64,000 nucleotides of DNA, from the NCBI GenBank assembly GCA_963812155.1, contig CAWETW010000002.1, forward strand, positions 288,001 to 352,000, given 5' to 3'. The translations under genes were made by a program, and so were the position numbers. The stretch's first letter is position 1. Every line of letters begins with the position of its first letter. This DNA comes from Vulcanimicrobiota bacterium. GTDB taxonomy: Bacteria; Vulcanimicrobiota; Vulcanimicrobiia; Vulcanimicrobiales; Vulcanimicrobiaceae. The notes beneath the pieces were generated by a model that was given only the letters and a program-made list of their open reading frames with translations, was not told the origin of the DNA and ran no database searches. Shown piece by piece: positions 8,603-17,733 of the stretch.

Positions 8603-9639
8603 CTCATGGCGACCTCGCCTCCGAACTCCAATCCTTGGAACGGCGTTTCGACGACGCGCTCGCAGCGTCGTCCGGCGAAGCGGCGCTCGAAGCGGCGCGC
8701 GTCGCATTTCTCGGGCGCAGCGGCGAAGTCACGCGTCTGCGCCGGACGATCGGTACGCTTTCACCGGCCGAGCGCCCCGGCGCCGGAAAGCTGGTCAACG
8801 AAACCGTCGCCACGATGGAGGCCAGTTTCGCCGCCGCGCGCGAACGCTTCGAATCCGAATCGGTGCAGCGCGACCTCGAGCGTTCGATCGACGTGACGTT
8901 TCCCGCTATCCAACCCGAACTCGGCTCGTTGCATCCCGTGCGGCGCATCATCGACGACGCATGCGAATACTTTCGCCGGCACGGCTTCGCGGTGGTGACG
9001 GGCCCGGAGATCGAACCAGACTACTACAACTTCGACGCGCTCAACATTCCCGCCGATCATCCGGCGCGCGAAGGTTTCGATTCGTTTTGGCTCACCGACA
9101 CGCTGCTGTTACGTCCGCATACCTCGCCAATGCAGATTCGCACGATGCAGCTGCACCGGCCGCCCGTCGCGATCGTCGCTCCGGGAAAGTGTTATCGCCG
9201 CGATGCGCTCGATGCGCGGCACTTGTTTCAGTTCCATCAAATCGAAGGTTTGCTGGTCGCGCGCGGCATCCACTTCGGACACCTCAAAGGAATGCTGACC
9301 GGAATGTGCCGCGAGATCTTCGGCGCTTCCCAGAGCGTGCGTTTTCGGCCGTCGTTTTTTCCGTTCACCGAACCCAGCGCCGAGGTGGACACGACGTGCC
9401 CGAAATGCAAGGGTTCGGGCGGACGATGCGGCATGTGCGGCGGATCCGGTTGGATCGAACTAGGCGGGGCCGGGATGGTGCATCCCAACGTGCTGCGGGA
9501 GGTCGAATACGATCCGGACGTCTACTCGGGCTGGGCGTTTGGATTCGGGGCGGAACGGCTGGGTCTTTCACGTTACGACGTCGACGATATTCGTCGCTTC
9601 GTCGAAAGCGATCCCGGCTTTCTCGAGCAACTGCAGTAG
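8584..9639 (+). CDS. pheS: Phenylalanine--tRNA ligase alpha subunit (start uncertain)
   Basis: NFDALNIPADHPAR, LLRPHTSPMQIR, FHQIEGL, RFRPSFFPFTEPSAEVD, GMVHPNV, GFGAERL. Confidence 0.97.
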   Translation: MTTGRFSHGDLASELQSLERRFDDALAASSGEAALEAARVAFLGRSGEVTRLRRTIGTLSPAERPGAGKLVNETVATMEASFAAARERFESESVQRDLERSIDVTFPAIQPELGSLHPVRRIIDDACEYFRRHGFAVVTGPEIEPDYYNFDALNIPADHPAREGFDSFWLTDTLLLRPHTSPMQIRTMQLHRPPVAIVAPGKCYRRDALDARHLFQFHQIEGLLVARGIHFGHLKGMLTGMCREIFGASQSVRFRPSFFPFTEPSAEVDTTCPKCKGSGGRCGMCGGSGWIELGGAGMVHPNVLREVEYDPDVYSGWAFGFGAERLGLSRYDVDDIRRFVESDPGFLEQLQ

Positions 9640-9654
9640 AGGCGAGGCGACCCA

Positions 9655-12018
9655 ATGCTCGTTCCCATCGGATGGTTGCGTGAGTTCGTCGACCTGCCCC
9701 GCGATGCCGAAGAGATCGCGGAGCGCCTGGCGATGCTCGGCTTTCCCGTCGAGGAGATCGTGCGGCGCCCGCATATTACCGGCGTCGTCGTCGGCACGAT
9801 TCTCGACGTCGAGAAGCATCCCAACGCCGACCGGCTGTTGGTCGCGCGCGTCGACGCCGGCGGCGACCGTCCGCTGACGATTGCGACGGCGGCAACGAAC
9901 GTTGCGGCCGGCCAAATGATTGCGGTCGCGACGATCGGCGCGCGGCTGCCGGAGTTGACGATCGAGCCGCGCAAGATGCGCGGCATCGCGTCGGAAGGCA
10001 TGATGATCTCCGCCGGCGAGTTGGCACTTCCGCCGGAGTGGTTTGAAGACGGAATCCTGCAACTCGAGCCGGGCGCGTCGCCGGGCACCGACGCCGTCGC
10101 ACTGCTCGGACTCGATGCCGGCGTGCTCGACGTCGAAGTCACGAGCAATCGCGTCGACGCGATGTCGATGCTCGGGCTCGCGCGCGAACTCGCCGCATCG
10201 TACGGAACGCCGTTGCGCGCGCCGTCGCTGGAAAATCCCGGCACTGCAATCGAAGCGCCCGGCGATGCGCCGGATGTGACGATCGAATCGCCCGACTGCA
10301 CCCGCTTCGTCACGCAGCGCTTCGACGCTTCGATTGGGACGGCGCCGGCTTGGATGCGCGTGCGCCTCGCGCTGGCCGGACAGCGCCCGATCAACAATCT
10401 GGTTGACGTTTCAAACTACGTGATGCTCGAGATCGGCCAGCCACTGCACTTCTACGACGCCTCCGCCGTGAAGGACGCACATTTCTTCGTGCGCGACGCA
10501 CGCGACGGCGAACGCCTCGTCACGCTCGACGGCGTCGAACGCACGCTCTCGACGCAGATGCTGGTCGTCGCCGATGCGCGCGCCGCACTCGGCCTCGCCG
10601 GCGTCATGGGCGGACTCGACAGCGAGGTCGGCGACGCGACGCGCGCGATTCTGCTCGAAGCCGCAAACTTCAACGGCGCGCGCGTCCGGCGCACGAGCTA
10701 TGCGCTCGCGCTGCGCAGCGAAGCGTCGTCGCGCCACGAGAAGACGCTCGCGCCGGCGCTCACCGACGCCGGCGCGGCCCGTGCCGCGCAACTGCTCTGC
10801 GAACTCGGTGCGACGGCGTACCGGCCGCACGCCTTCGGCGCCGAGCTACGCGCGGCCGAGCCGATCGCGCTGCGCTCCGGTGAAGTCGAACGGCTTCTCG
10901 GCGTGGCGATTCCAGCGCAGCGCATTGCCGAACACTTGCGCGCGCTCGGGTGTACGGTGGCCTCCGACGGCGCCGGCGCGTGCTCGGTCGTGCCGCCGGC
11001 GTGGCGCCGGGATCTGGTCAGCGCCGCCGATTTGATCGAAGAGGTCGCGCGCATGGAGGGCTACGACCGCATCGAAGCCGTCGTTCCATCGGTCGAACCG
11101 CACGACATTTCGAGCGCGCAGTACGATCGCGAAGGTGACGTCGCGCGCACGCTGGCGAGCCTTGGGTATCGCGAGGTGATTACGCTGTCGCTGCACGGCC
11201 GCGAGACGCTCGAACGCGCGCAGCGAAGCGGCATCCCGTTCGACGACGCGTATCTCGAAGTGCTCAACCCACTTTCCGAAGAGCAACGGTATTTGCGCGC
11301 GTCGCTCGCCGACGGGCTGATTCCGTATTTTGCAAAAGTGAACGCGCCGGTGCGCGTTTTCGAAATCGGGCACGTCTTTCGGCGGGATGACGGCGCTCCC
11401 GGCGAGCGCGCGATGCTGGCGTTCGGGTTTGCCGCCGAGCCGCTCGACGAACCGCCCTGGCGCGACGCGAACTTCCTCCGTTTGAAGGGCGACTGCGAAA
11501 CGCTCCTCGAGCGCGTGTGCGGGCGTCGCGGCGACGTTGCTCGCGCGCAAGCACCTGGGCTGCATCCCGGCACGAGTGCGTCGTTTTCCATCGAAGGGCA
11601 AGCCGTCGCCGTCCTGGGACGGCTGGATCCGCGTCTCGCGCACGCTTTCGACGTGCGCCTTCCGGTGTATCTCTGCTTCGCATCGCTCGACGCGCTGCCG
11701 CCCAAGGCAACGCCGGAGTATCGTGCGCCCTCGAAGTTTCCGGGAACCACTCGCGACGTCGCGCTTTCGGTCGGGCTCGACGTCACCGCGCTCGACGTGG
11801 AGCGCGCGATCGCGCGCGCGCTCGGCGGCGAGTGCACCGGCGTTCGCGTCTTCGACGAATATCGCGGCCCGCAAGTGGGCGAAGGCCGTAAAAGCATTGC
11901 CGTGCGCGTGGCGCTGCAGCGCTTTGACGCGACGATCACCGACGAACAGGCCGACGAGGCGATCGAGCGCGCGCTCGACGCAGTGGGCGGCGAGCTCGGC
12001 GCGGCAATTCGGACGTGA
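9655..12018 (+). CDS. pheT: Phenylalanine--tRNA ligase beta subunit
   Basis: KHPNADRL, KMRGIASEGM, RPINNLVDVSNYVMLEIGQPLHFYD, DLIEEVAR, C-terminal FDEYRG..KSIA. Confidence 0.97.
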   Translation: MLVPIGWLREFVDLPRDAEEIAERLAMLGFPVEEIVRRPHITGVVVGTILDVEKHPNADRLLVARVDAGGDRPLTIATAATNVAAGQMIAVATIGARLPELTIEPRKMRGIASEGMMISAGELALPPEWFEDGILQLEPGASPGTDAVALLGLDAGVLDVEVTSNRVDAMSMLGLARELAASYGTPLRAPSLENPGTAIEAPGDAPDVTIESPDCTRFVTQRFDASIGTAPAWMRVRLALAGQRPINNLVDVSNYVMLEIGQPLHFYDASAVKDAHFFVRDARDGERLVTLDGVERTLSTQMLVVADARAALGLAGVMGGLDSEVGDATRAILLEAANFNGARVRRTSYALALRSEASSRHEKTLAPALTDAGAARAAQLLCELGATAYRPHAFGAELRAAEPIALRSGEVERLLGVAIPAQRIAEHLRALGCTVASDGAGACSVVPPAWRRDLVSAADLIEEVARMEGYDRIEAVVPSVEPHDISSAQYDREGDVARTLASLGYREVITLSLHGRETLERAQRSGIPFDDAYLEVLNPLSEEQRYLRASLADGLIPYFAKVNAPVRVFEIGHVFRRDDGAPGERAMLAFGFAAEPLDEPPWRDANFLRLKGDCETLLERVCGRRGDVARAQAPGLHPGTSASFSIEGQAVAVLGRLDPRLAHAFDVRLPVYLCFASLDALPPKATPEYRAPSKFPGTTRDVALSVGLDVTALDVERAIARALGGECTGVRVFDEYRGPQVGEGRKSIAVRVALQRFDATITDEQADEAIERALDAVGGELGAAIRT

Positions 12019-12551
12019 TCGGCGGCTTTACGTGGCCCGATGCCGTCATCGTCCTCGTGCTCGTGGCCGCGACGTTCAAAGGCTTTCGGCGGGGGTTCGT
12101 CGGCGAACTCGGGGGAGTCGCGGCGCTCGCTGCGGCGTTGATCGCGCCGTGGTACTACAACGGCGCGGCCGACGCGCAGATTCAAATCTATAGCAAACTC
12201 AACCCCGGACAGGCCCACGTCGCGGGCATGCTGCTCACCGCCGTCTTTGCCTATATCGTCGTGCTCGCGCTGGCCGGCATTCTGGGGCGTATCGCGCGGC
12301 TGCCGATTCTGGGTACGGGCAACGCGCTGGCCGGTGGGGTGGTCGGCTTCGCCAAGGGCGCGATCCTGATTTGGATCCTGCTCTTCGTCGCGCTGCTCTT
12401 TCCCTTAACGCCGGCCGTTCGCGACAGCCTGAGGGACGCGCGTCTCGTGCCGTATTTTACTTCGTTCGACGATCCGGCGGCGCGTGCGGTCGAAACGATC
12501 GTGCCGTCATTTTTGCGTCCGATTTTCGATCCGCTGATTCAACGCCGCTAG
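12015..12551 (+). CDS. cvpA: CvpA (colicin V production) family membrane protein
   Basis: D-x6-..GFRRGFVGEL motif, four TM segments, GGVVGFAKG; overlaps the pheT stop. Confidence 0.8.
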   Translation: MIGGFTWPDAVIVLVLVAATFKGFRRGFVGELGGVAALAAALIAPWYYNGAADAQIQIYSKLNPGQAHVAGMLLTAVFAYIVVLALAGILGRIARLPILGTGNALAGGVVGFAKGAILIWILLFVALLFPLTPAVRDSLRDARLVPYFTSFDDPAARAVETIVPSFLRPIFDPLIQRR

Positions 12552-13255
12552 TAAAATCGGCGGACGTTCTCGTTCCACCAGGGCCAGTCGTGTCCGAAGA
12601 CGCCGGGCCAAATCTCGCAGTGGTTCGGCACGCCGCGGCTCGAGAGCAGCGCCGAAAAGTCGCGATTGTCGTTGACGAGCGAATCGAACTCGCCGGTCGC
12701 GATCGTCCACTGCACGCCACGCAGGCGCGCTATCCACTCCGCATCCATGTTCGGAATGTACGCGGTTGGACAGTTAAAATAACACGTATCGTCCCAGTAG
12801 CCGTCGAGGAAACGATGAACGTCGTAAATCCCCGAGAAGCAGACGGCCTTCGTTACCAAACCGGGATAACGGGCCGCGAAATTGGCGGCATGATAGGCGC
12901 CGAAACTGCAGCCGAACACGCCGAGATCGCCGCGCCCGGTTACGCGTTGGACGTAAGGTACGAGTTCGTCGTGCAGGTAGCGATCGTACTGCGCGTGGCG
13001 CGCCGCGCGCGCCGCGGGCGGCGCTTTCTCGTTGTACCAACTCTCGGCATCGACCGAATCGACGCAAAAGAGCTGAATGAAACCCTGCTCGACCTTGTCG
13101 GCAAGCCAGTCGACGGTGTGCATGTCGGCATATTGATGGTAAGAGCCCATCGACGTCGGAAAGGCGATGACGCCGAAGCCGCGATCACCGAAGCGCAGAA
13201 ACTCCATCGACCGCTGCAACGCGCTGCTGACCCACGATTCGTGTTGGCAAAGCAT
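12548..13255 (-). CDS. Esterase (alpha/beta hydrolase, putative-esterase family)
   Basis: FPTSMG, QLFCVDSVDAESWY, nucleophile GCSFGAYHA, SGIYD, C-terminal GHDWPWW. Confidence 0.85.
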   Translation of the reverse strand: MLCQHESWVSSALQRSMEFLRFGDRGFGVIAFPTSMGSYHQYADMHTVDWLADKVEQGFIQLFCVDSVDAESWYNEKAPPAARAARHAQYDRYLHDELVPYVQRVTGRGDLGVFGCSFGAYHAANFAARYPGLVTKAVCFSGIYDVHRFLDGYWDDTCYFNCPTAYIPNMDAEWIARLRGVQWTIATGEFDSLVNDNRDFSALLSSRGVPNHCEIWPGVFGHDWPWWNENVRRFY

Positions 13256-13380
13256 CCGGCCGCGGTACGCCGCGTCGCTGCGCGGGGCCTCTCGCCGTGC
13301 GAGGCGACGGCGTGCGAGGTGCCCGGGTGCCGCCCTTGAATCAAAGACGCCCGGCGCCAGATGAAACGGAGGGAGCCGCG

Positions 13381-14343
13381 ATGGCAGACGCGTCCAAAAA
13401 AATCGGCATTCTGTTCGGCATGGAAGACACGTTTCCGTGGGCGCTCATGCACGCGATTACGACGCTCTCCGAGGGCGAGTTCGAAGGCTGTCCGGTCAGC
13501 GTCTCCTACCTCAGCGACCGCCAACAGTTCGACTACGCCGCCATCCTCGACCGCATCAGCCACGACGTCAAGTTTTATCGCGTTTATCTCAAGTGTGCGG
13601 CCGCCGCGGGCACGGCCGTCATCAACAATCCGTTCTGGTCCTGTGCCGACGACAAATTCTTCAACAACGTCGTCGCCGACGCCGCGGGCGTCGCGGTACC
13701 GAGGACGGTACTGCTTCCGCCCAAGCAACACCCGCCCGGAACGCAGGCCAAGTCGTTTCGCAACATGCGCTTCGTCGAATGGGACGATGTCTTCGCTTAT
13801 CTCGGCTTTCCCATTTTCATGAAACCCGCCGACGGCGGCGGCTGGCGCGACGTACACAAATGCGATTCGCCCGAAGCGTTCTTTACGGCGTACGACGGCT
13901 CGCGCGATCTCTGCATGATGGCACAAGAAGCGATAACCTTCACCGAATACTACCGGCTCTACGTCTTGGGCCGCGAGCACGTACTGATCATGGCGTACGA
14001 TCCGGGTGCGCCCCATCACGAGCGGTACGTGCGCGATGCGCCGCCGATCGAGCCGGCTCTCGAAGCGCGCATGCGCCGCGACGGCATCGCACTCTGCGAG
14101 GCCCTCGGCTACGACATGAATACGGTCGAGTTTGCGGTACGCGACGGCGTCCCGTACGCCATCGACTTCATGAATCCGGCACCCGACGCCGATCGCGACT
14201 CGGTCGGCGAAGAGAACTTTGCGTGGGTGGTCGATACGATGGCGCGCGTGCTGATCGAACGAGCGCGCCGCCCGCGTCCGCTCGAGACGACGGGGGCGTG
14301 GCCATCACTGCTCGCGCGCGAAACGGTGCCGGCCGCCCGATGA
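13381..14343 (+). CDS. ATP-grasp ligase (RimK/glutathione-synthetase-like)
   Basis: VINNPFWSCADDKFF, VPRTVLLP, GFPIFMKPADGGGW, MAQEAI, NTVEFAVRDGVPYAIDFMNP. Confidence 0.85.
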   Translation: MADASKKIGILFGMEDTFPWALMHAITTLSEGEFEGCPVSVSYLSDRQQFDYAAILDRISHDVKFYRVYLKCAAAAGTAVINNPFWSCADDKFFNNVVADAAGVAVPRTVLLPPKQHPPGTQAKSFRNMRFVEWDDVFAYLGFPIFMKPADGGGWRDVHKCDSPEAFFTAYDGSRDLCMMAQEAITFTEYYRLYVLGREHVLIMAYDPGAPHHERYVRDAPPIEPALEARMRRDGIALCEALGYDMNTVEFAVRDGVPYAIDFMNPAPDADRDSVGEENFAWVVDTMARVLIERARRPRPLETTGAWPSLLARETVPAAR

Positions 14344-15464
14344 TGCAAAGCGGCGTCACGCCCTCGTTCACGCTGGGAATCGAGGAAGAGTTCCAAGTCA
14401 TCGATCCGGAAACGCGCGAACTGCGCTCGCACTTGCAAGAAGAAATATTCGCTCAGGGCGAGCTGCGGCTGCACGATCAGATCAAGCGCGAGATGCACCA
14501 GCCGATGATTGAGGTCGGTACCGACATCTGCAAGAACGTTCAAGAGGCGCGCGCCGAGGTGACGCGTCTCCGCAGCGAGATCGTGAGCATCGTGCGCAAG
14601 AATGGGCTTCGCCTGGCGGCCGCCGGAACCCATCCATTCACGCACTGGTCGAGCGTACCGATCACGGATAGCGAACGCTACGCACGCTTGATCTACGATT
14701 TCCAAATGGTCGCGCGCGCCAATCTCATCTTCGGCTTGCACGTCCACGTGGCCGTTGAAGATCCGGATACCCGGATTCATCTCATGAATGCGACGCGTTA
14801 CTTTCTTCCTCACATCTTTGCGCTCTCGGTGAACTCGCCGTTCTGGTGCGGCACGAATACGGGCTGGAAGAGTTACCGCGCCAAGGTGTTCGAACGCTTT
14901 CCGCGCACCGGGATTCCCGACTACTTCGGTTCGGCTGCGGAACTCGACGAGTTCGTGCGCACGCTCGTCGTCACGGGTTGTATCGACGACGGCAAGAAGA
15001 TTTGGTGGGACGTCCGGCCGCATCCCTACTTTCCGACGCTCGAGTACCGGATCTGCGACGTGCCGATGCGCGTCGACGAAACGATTTGCCTGGCAGCCCT
15101 CTTCCAGGCCGTTACCTACAAATTGTGGCGCCTGTACAGCCGCAATCAAGGGTGGCGCCTCTATCGCCGGTCGCTCATCGCCGAAAATAAGCAGCGCGCC
15201 GCGCGTTGGGGTATCGACGGCAAGCTCATCGATTTGGGCAAACGCGTCGAACTTCCGACCGAATCTCTGCTCAACGAACTGCTCGAGTTCATCGACGACG
15301 TCGTCGACGAGCTCGGATCCCGCAACGAGGTCGATTACGTGCACGAGATCCTGCGGCGGCGGACCGGCGCCGACCGGCAACTCAAAGTCTTCGAAGAGAC
15401 CGGAAGCCTGCCTGCGGTGGTGGACTACATCATCGCCGAGACCGAACACGGGCTCGCCTCGTGA
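14340..15464 (+). CDS. Carboxylate-amine ligase, YbdK/GCS2 (glutamate--cysteine ligase family 2)
   Basis: FTLGIEEEFQ, IEVGT, AAGTHPF, FGLHVHV, ALSVNSPFW, FPRTG, WWDVRP..FPTLEYRICD, ENKQRAARWG. Confidence 0.93.
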   Translation: MMQSGVTPSFTLGIEEEFQVIDPETRELRSHLQEEIFAQGELRLHDQIKREMHQPMIEVGTDICKNVQEARAEVTRLRSEIVSIVRKNGLRLAAAGTHPFTHWSSVPITDSERYARLIYDFQMVARANLIFGLHVHVAVEDPDTRIHLMNATRYFLPHIFALSVNSPFWCGTNTGWKSYRAKVFERFPRTGIPDYFGSAAELDEFVRTLVVTGCIDDGKKIWWDVRPHPYFPTLEYRICDVPMRVDETICLAALFQAVTYKLWRLYSRNQGWRLYRRSLIAENKQRAARWGIDGKLIDLGKRVELPTESLLNELLEFIDDVVDELGSRNEVDYVHEILRRRTGADRQLKVFEETGSLPAVVDYIIAETEHGLAS

Positions 15465-16474
15465 GCGCTCGTTTCGCATTCGTTCGTCCCGAGTCGCGCG
15501 CGGCAGTGCCGAAGCCGAGCCCCGGGTTCGTGGACGTGCACGTGCTCGACATGAATCACGCATGGCATAACGCCGGTCACGATTCGATCGTTTGGCTGGT
15601 GCGCAGGCTGGCGAAAGACGACGAGACGCGTCTCGCACGCGCCGGTCTCACGGTACGCTTGATTTCTTACGACGTGCGTCGCCGCACGCTCGTGCCGGAC
15701 CAGCCGCAGGGCGTCGCGCTGTACGTCGGAACGGGTGGCCCCGGGCATCTCGACCCGCGCTTGAATCTGCGCGACGACGTTGATGCCGGGGAGATTCTCG
15801 AATCGGACGCGTGGGAGGCACCGCTCTTCGAGTTCTTCGACTCCGTGAAGCGTGACGATAACGCCATGTTCTACGGCGTCTGCCATTCGTTCGGATTGCT
15901 TTGCCGTTGGTCGGGCGTTGCGCGGCCGTCGCGCCGGACCTCGGAAAAGGGCGGCCCGAGCATCGGTATCGTCGAAAACGTTTTGACGCCGCAAGCGCTC
16001 GCGCATCCGTGGTTCGCGCAGTTGGCCGGCCGCCTTCCCGATGGGCGGCGTCTACCGATCGTCGACTCGCGCCACTACGATTTGATGCCGGAAGGCGACG
16101 CGTTTCCGCCTGGCGTCACGCCGATCGCTTACGAATCCGCCGAAGACGGCGCCGCGCTGACGATGTGCGAGTTTGCGCGCAAGGTGGACGGCATGCCGCG
16201 CATGTTCGCCGTGAACCACCATCCGGAAATCGCGGATGCGGCCGAACTCGGCGCGCTGCTAAAACACAAACTCGATTCGGGCGAAGTCTCACGCGAATGG
16301 TACGAGAGCCGTGCGGGACTGATCGGCGCGCTACAGGAGCGCAGCGACCGCGAAGAGCTGCGCCTGTTGGCGGCGGGATACTCGTTCGGATTCTTGCTGC
16401 GCGACGGCCTTCGCGAAGCGATCGACGCGGCGACGGGATCACGCCGTGGATCCACGATTTCGACCGCTCTTTAA
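15461..16474 (+). CDS. Class I glutamine amidotransferase-like protein
   Basis: GTGGPG oxyanion loop, catalytic Cys in YGVCHSF, His-x-Glu in NHHPE. Confidence 0.75.
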   Translation: MSARFAFVRPESRAAVPKPSPGFVDVHVLDMNHAWHNAGHDSIVWLVRRLAKDDETRLARAGLTVRLISYDVRRRTLVPDQPQGVALYVGTGGPGHLDPRLNLRDDVDAGEILESDAWEAPLFEFFDSVKRDDNAMFYGVCHSFGLLCRWSGVARPSRRTSEKGGPSIGIVENVLTPQALAHPWFAQLAGRLPDGRRLPIVDSRHYDLMPEGDAFPPGVTPIAYESAEDGAALTMCEFARKVDGMPRMFAVNHHPEIADAAELGALLKHKLDSGEVSREWYESRAGLIGALQERSDREELRLLAAGYSFGFLLRDGLREAIDAATGSRRGSTISTAL

Positions 16475-17669
16475 CGCCGGATATTCCGGCGAGCTGTACC
16501 GGCGTTACCTCGCCGACTTCGCGCGCCGCTGCGGCACGGCGATCGACATGCAAATCGCGGAGACGCCGGTCTTCCTGCCGCCGGATCTGCGCAAACGCGC
16601 CGAGTCGGCGGGAGCGGCGATCCTCGCGCAACTCTGCGATCCCGCGCGCATCGCCCGGCTGCGCTCCGCCGTGCCGGCGCGCTGGAACGCGCCGAACGAA
16701 ACGCCGCTTCCCACATTCTGCGCGATCGACTTCGCCGTAACGCTCGACGGCGCGGGGCAACTGCAACCCAAACTAATCGAACTGCAAGGCTTTCCGACGC
16801 TCATCGCTTACGAAACAATGCAGCACGACGCGTGGGCCGCCGCCCTGCAATCGATTCCCGGGCTCGATTTGCCGTGGACGTCATGGTTCTCGGGCTTGAC
16901 GCGGGACGCGTTCCTCGCGCTCGCGCGCCGAACGATTCTCGGCAGTTGCGATCCCGAGCACGTCATCCTCATGGACCTCGATCCACCCGCGCAGAAAACG
17001 TATCCCGACTTTACGGCGTCGCACCGTCTCTTCGGCATCGAAGCGGTCTGTCCGACGCAACTGGTCAAACGCGGCCGCCGCCTCTACCGGCGCGACGCCG
17101 GGGGCCGTGACATTCGCGTGCAGCGTATTTACAATCGCGCGATCGCCGACGAACTCGAGCGCAAGGCGGTGATGCTTCCGTTCGATTTTCGAGACGACCT
17201 CGACGTAGAATGGACGCCGCATCCGAACTGGTTCTGGATTTGGTCGAAGTATGCGCTTCCGCTGCTCGATCATCCATCGGTGCCGCGCGCGCGCTTTCTC
17301 TCCGAGGTCAAAACGCTGCCCGACGATCTCGGTGAACGCTACGTGCTCAAGCCGCTCTTCTCGTTCGCGGGTGCCGGCGTCAACGTCGCGCCCACCGCGG
17401 CCGCCGTCGCGGCGATTGCGCCCGAGCAACGCGGTGCGTGGTGCTTACAGGAGAAGATCGAGTATGCTTCGGTTCTGGTGGCCGCCGATGGTGGCCGCGT
17501 GAAAGTCGAACTGCGCCTTATTTATCTACGCCCCGACGACGAGCCGCAGTTTACGCTCGCGCAGAATCTCTGCCGCCTTTCACGCGGCGCGATGATGGGC
17601 GTCGATCACAATAAAGCGCACACGTGGGTCGGCTCGTCAATCGGCATGTGGCCCTTTGCATCACCCTGA
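16446..17669 (+). CDS. Circularly permuted ATP-grasp ligase (glutathionylspermidine/eukaryotic GSH-synthase-like)
   Basis: IDFAVT..PKLIELQG near the N-terminus, RIYNR, WSKYALP, YVLKPLFSFAGAGV, QEKIEY, ELR in permuted order. Confidence 0.8.
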   Translation: MDPRFRPLFNAGYSGELYRRYLADFARRCGTAIDMQIAETPVFLPPDLRKRAESAGAAILAQLCDPARIARLRSAVPARWNAPNETPLPTFCAIDFAVTLDGAGQLQPKLIELQGFPTLIAYETMQHDAWAAALQSIPGLDLPWTSWFSGLTRDAFLALARRTILGSCDPEHVILMDLDPPAQKTYPDFTASHRLFGIEAVCPTQLVKRGRRLYRRDAGGRDIRVQRIYNRAIADELERKAVMLPFDFRDDLDVEWTPHPNWFWIWSKYALPLLDHPSVPRARFLSEVKTLPDDLGERYVLKPLFSFAGAGVNVAPTAAAVAAIAPEQRGAWCLQEKIEYASVLVAADGGRVKVELRLIYLRPDDEPQFTLAQNLCRLSRGAMMGVDHNKAHTWVGSSIGMWPFASP

Positions 17670-17685
17670 CGCGGCGCCCAATCTG

Positions 17686-17733
17686 TGTCATCCTGAGCGC
17701 AGTGCGAACGCAGTTCGCGCGGAGTCGAAGGAC
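17686..17733. repeat. REP-like palindromic element of the TGTCATCCTGAGC...GTCGAAGGA type
   Basis: TGTCATCCTGAGC + GTGCGAAC-GCA-GTTCGCGC hairpin + AGTCGAAGGAC. Only one copy in this window; recognised by pattern. Confidence 0.55.
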
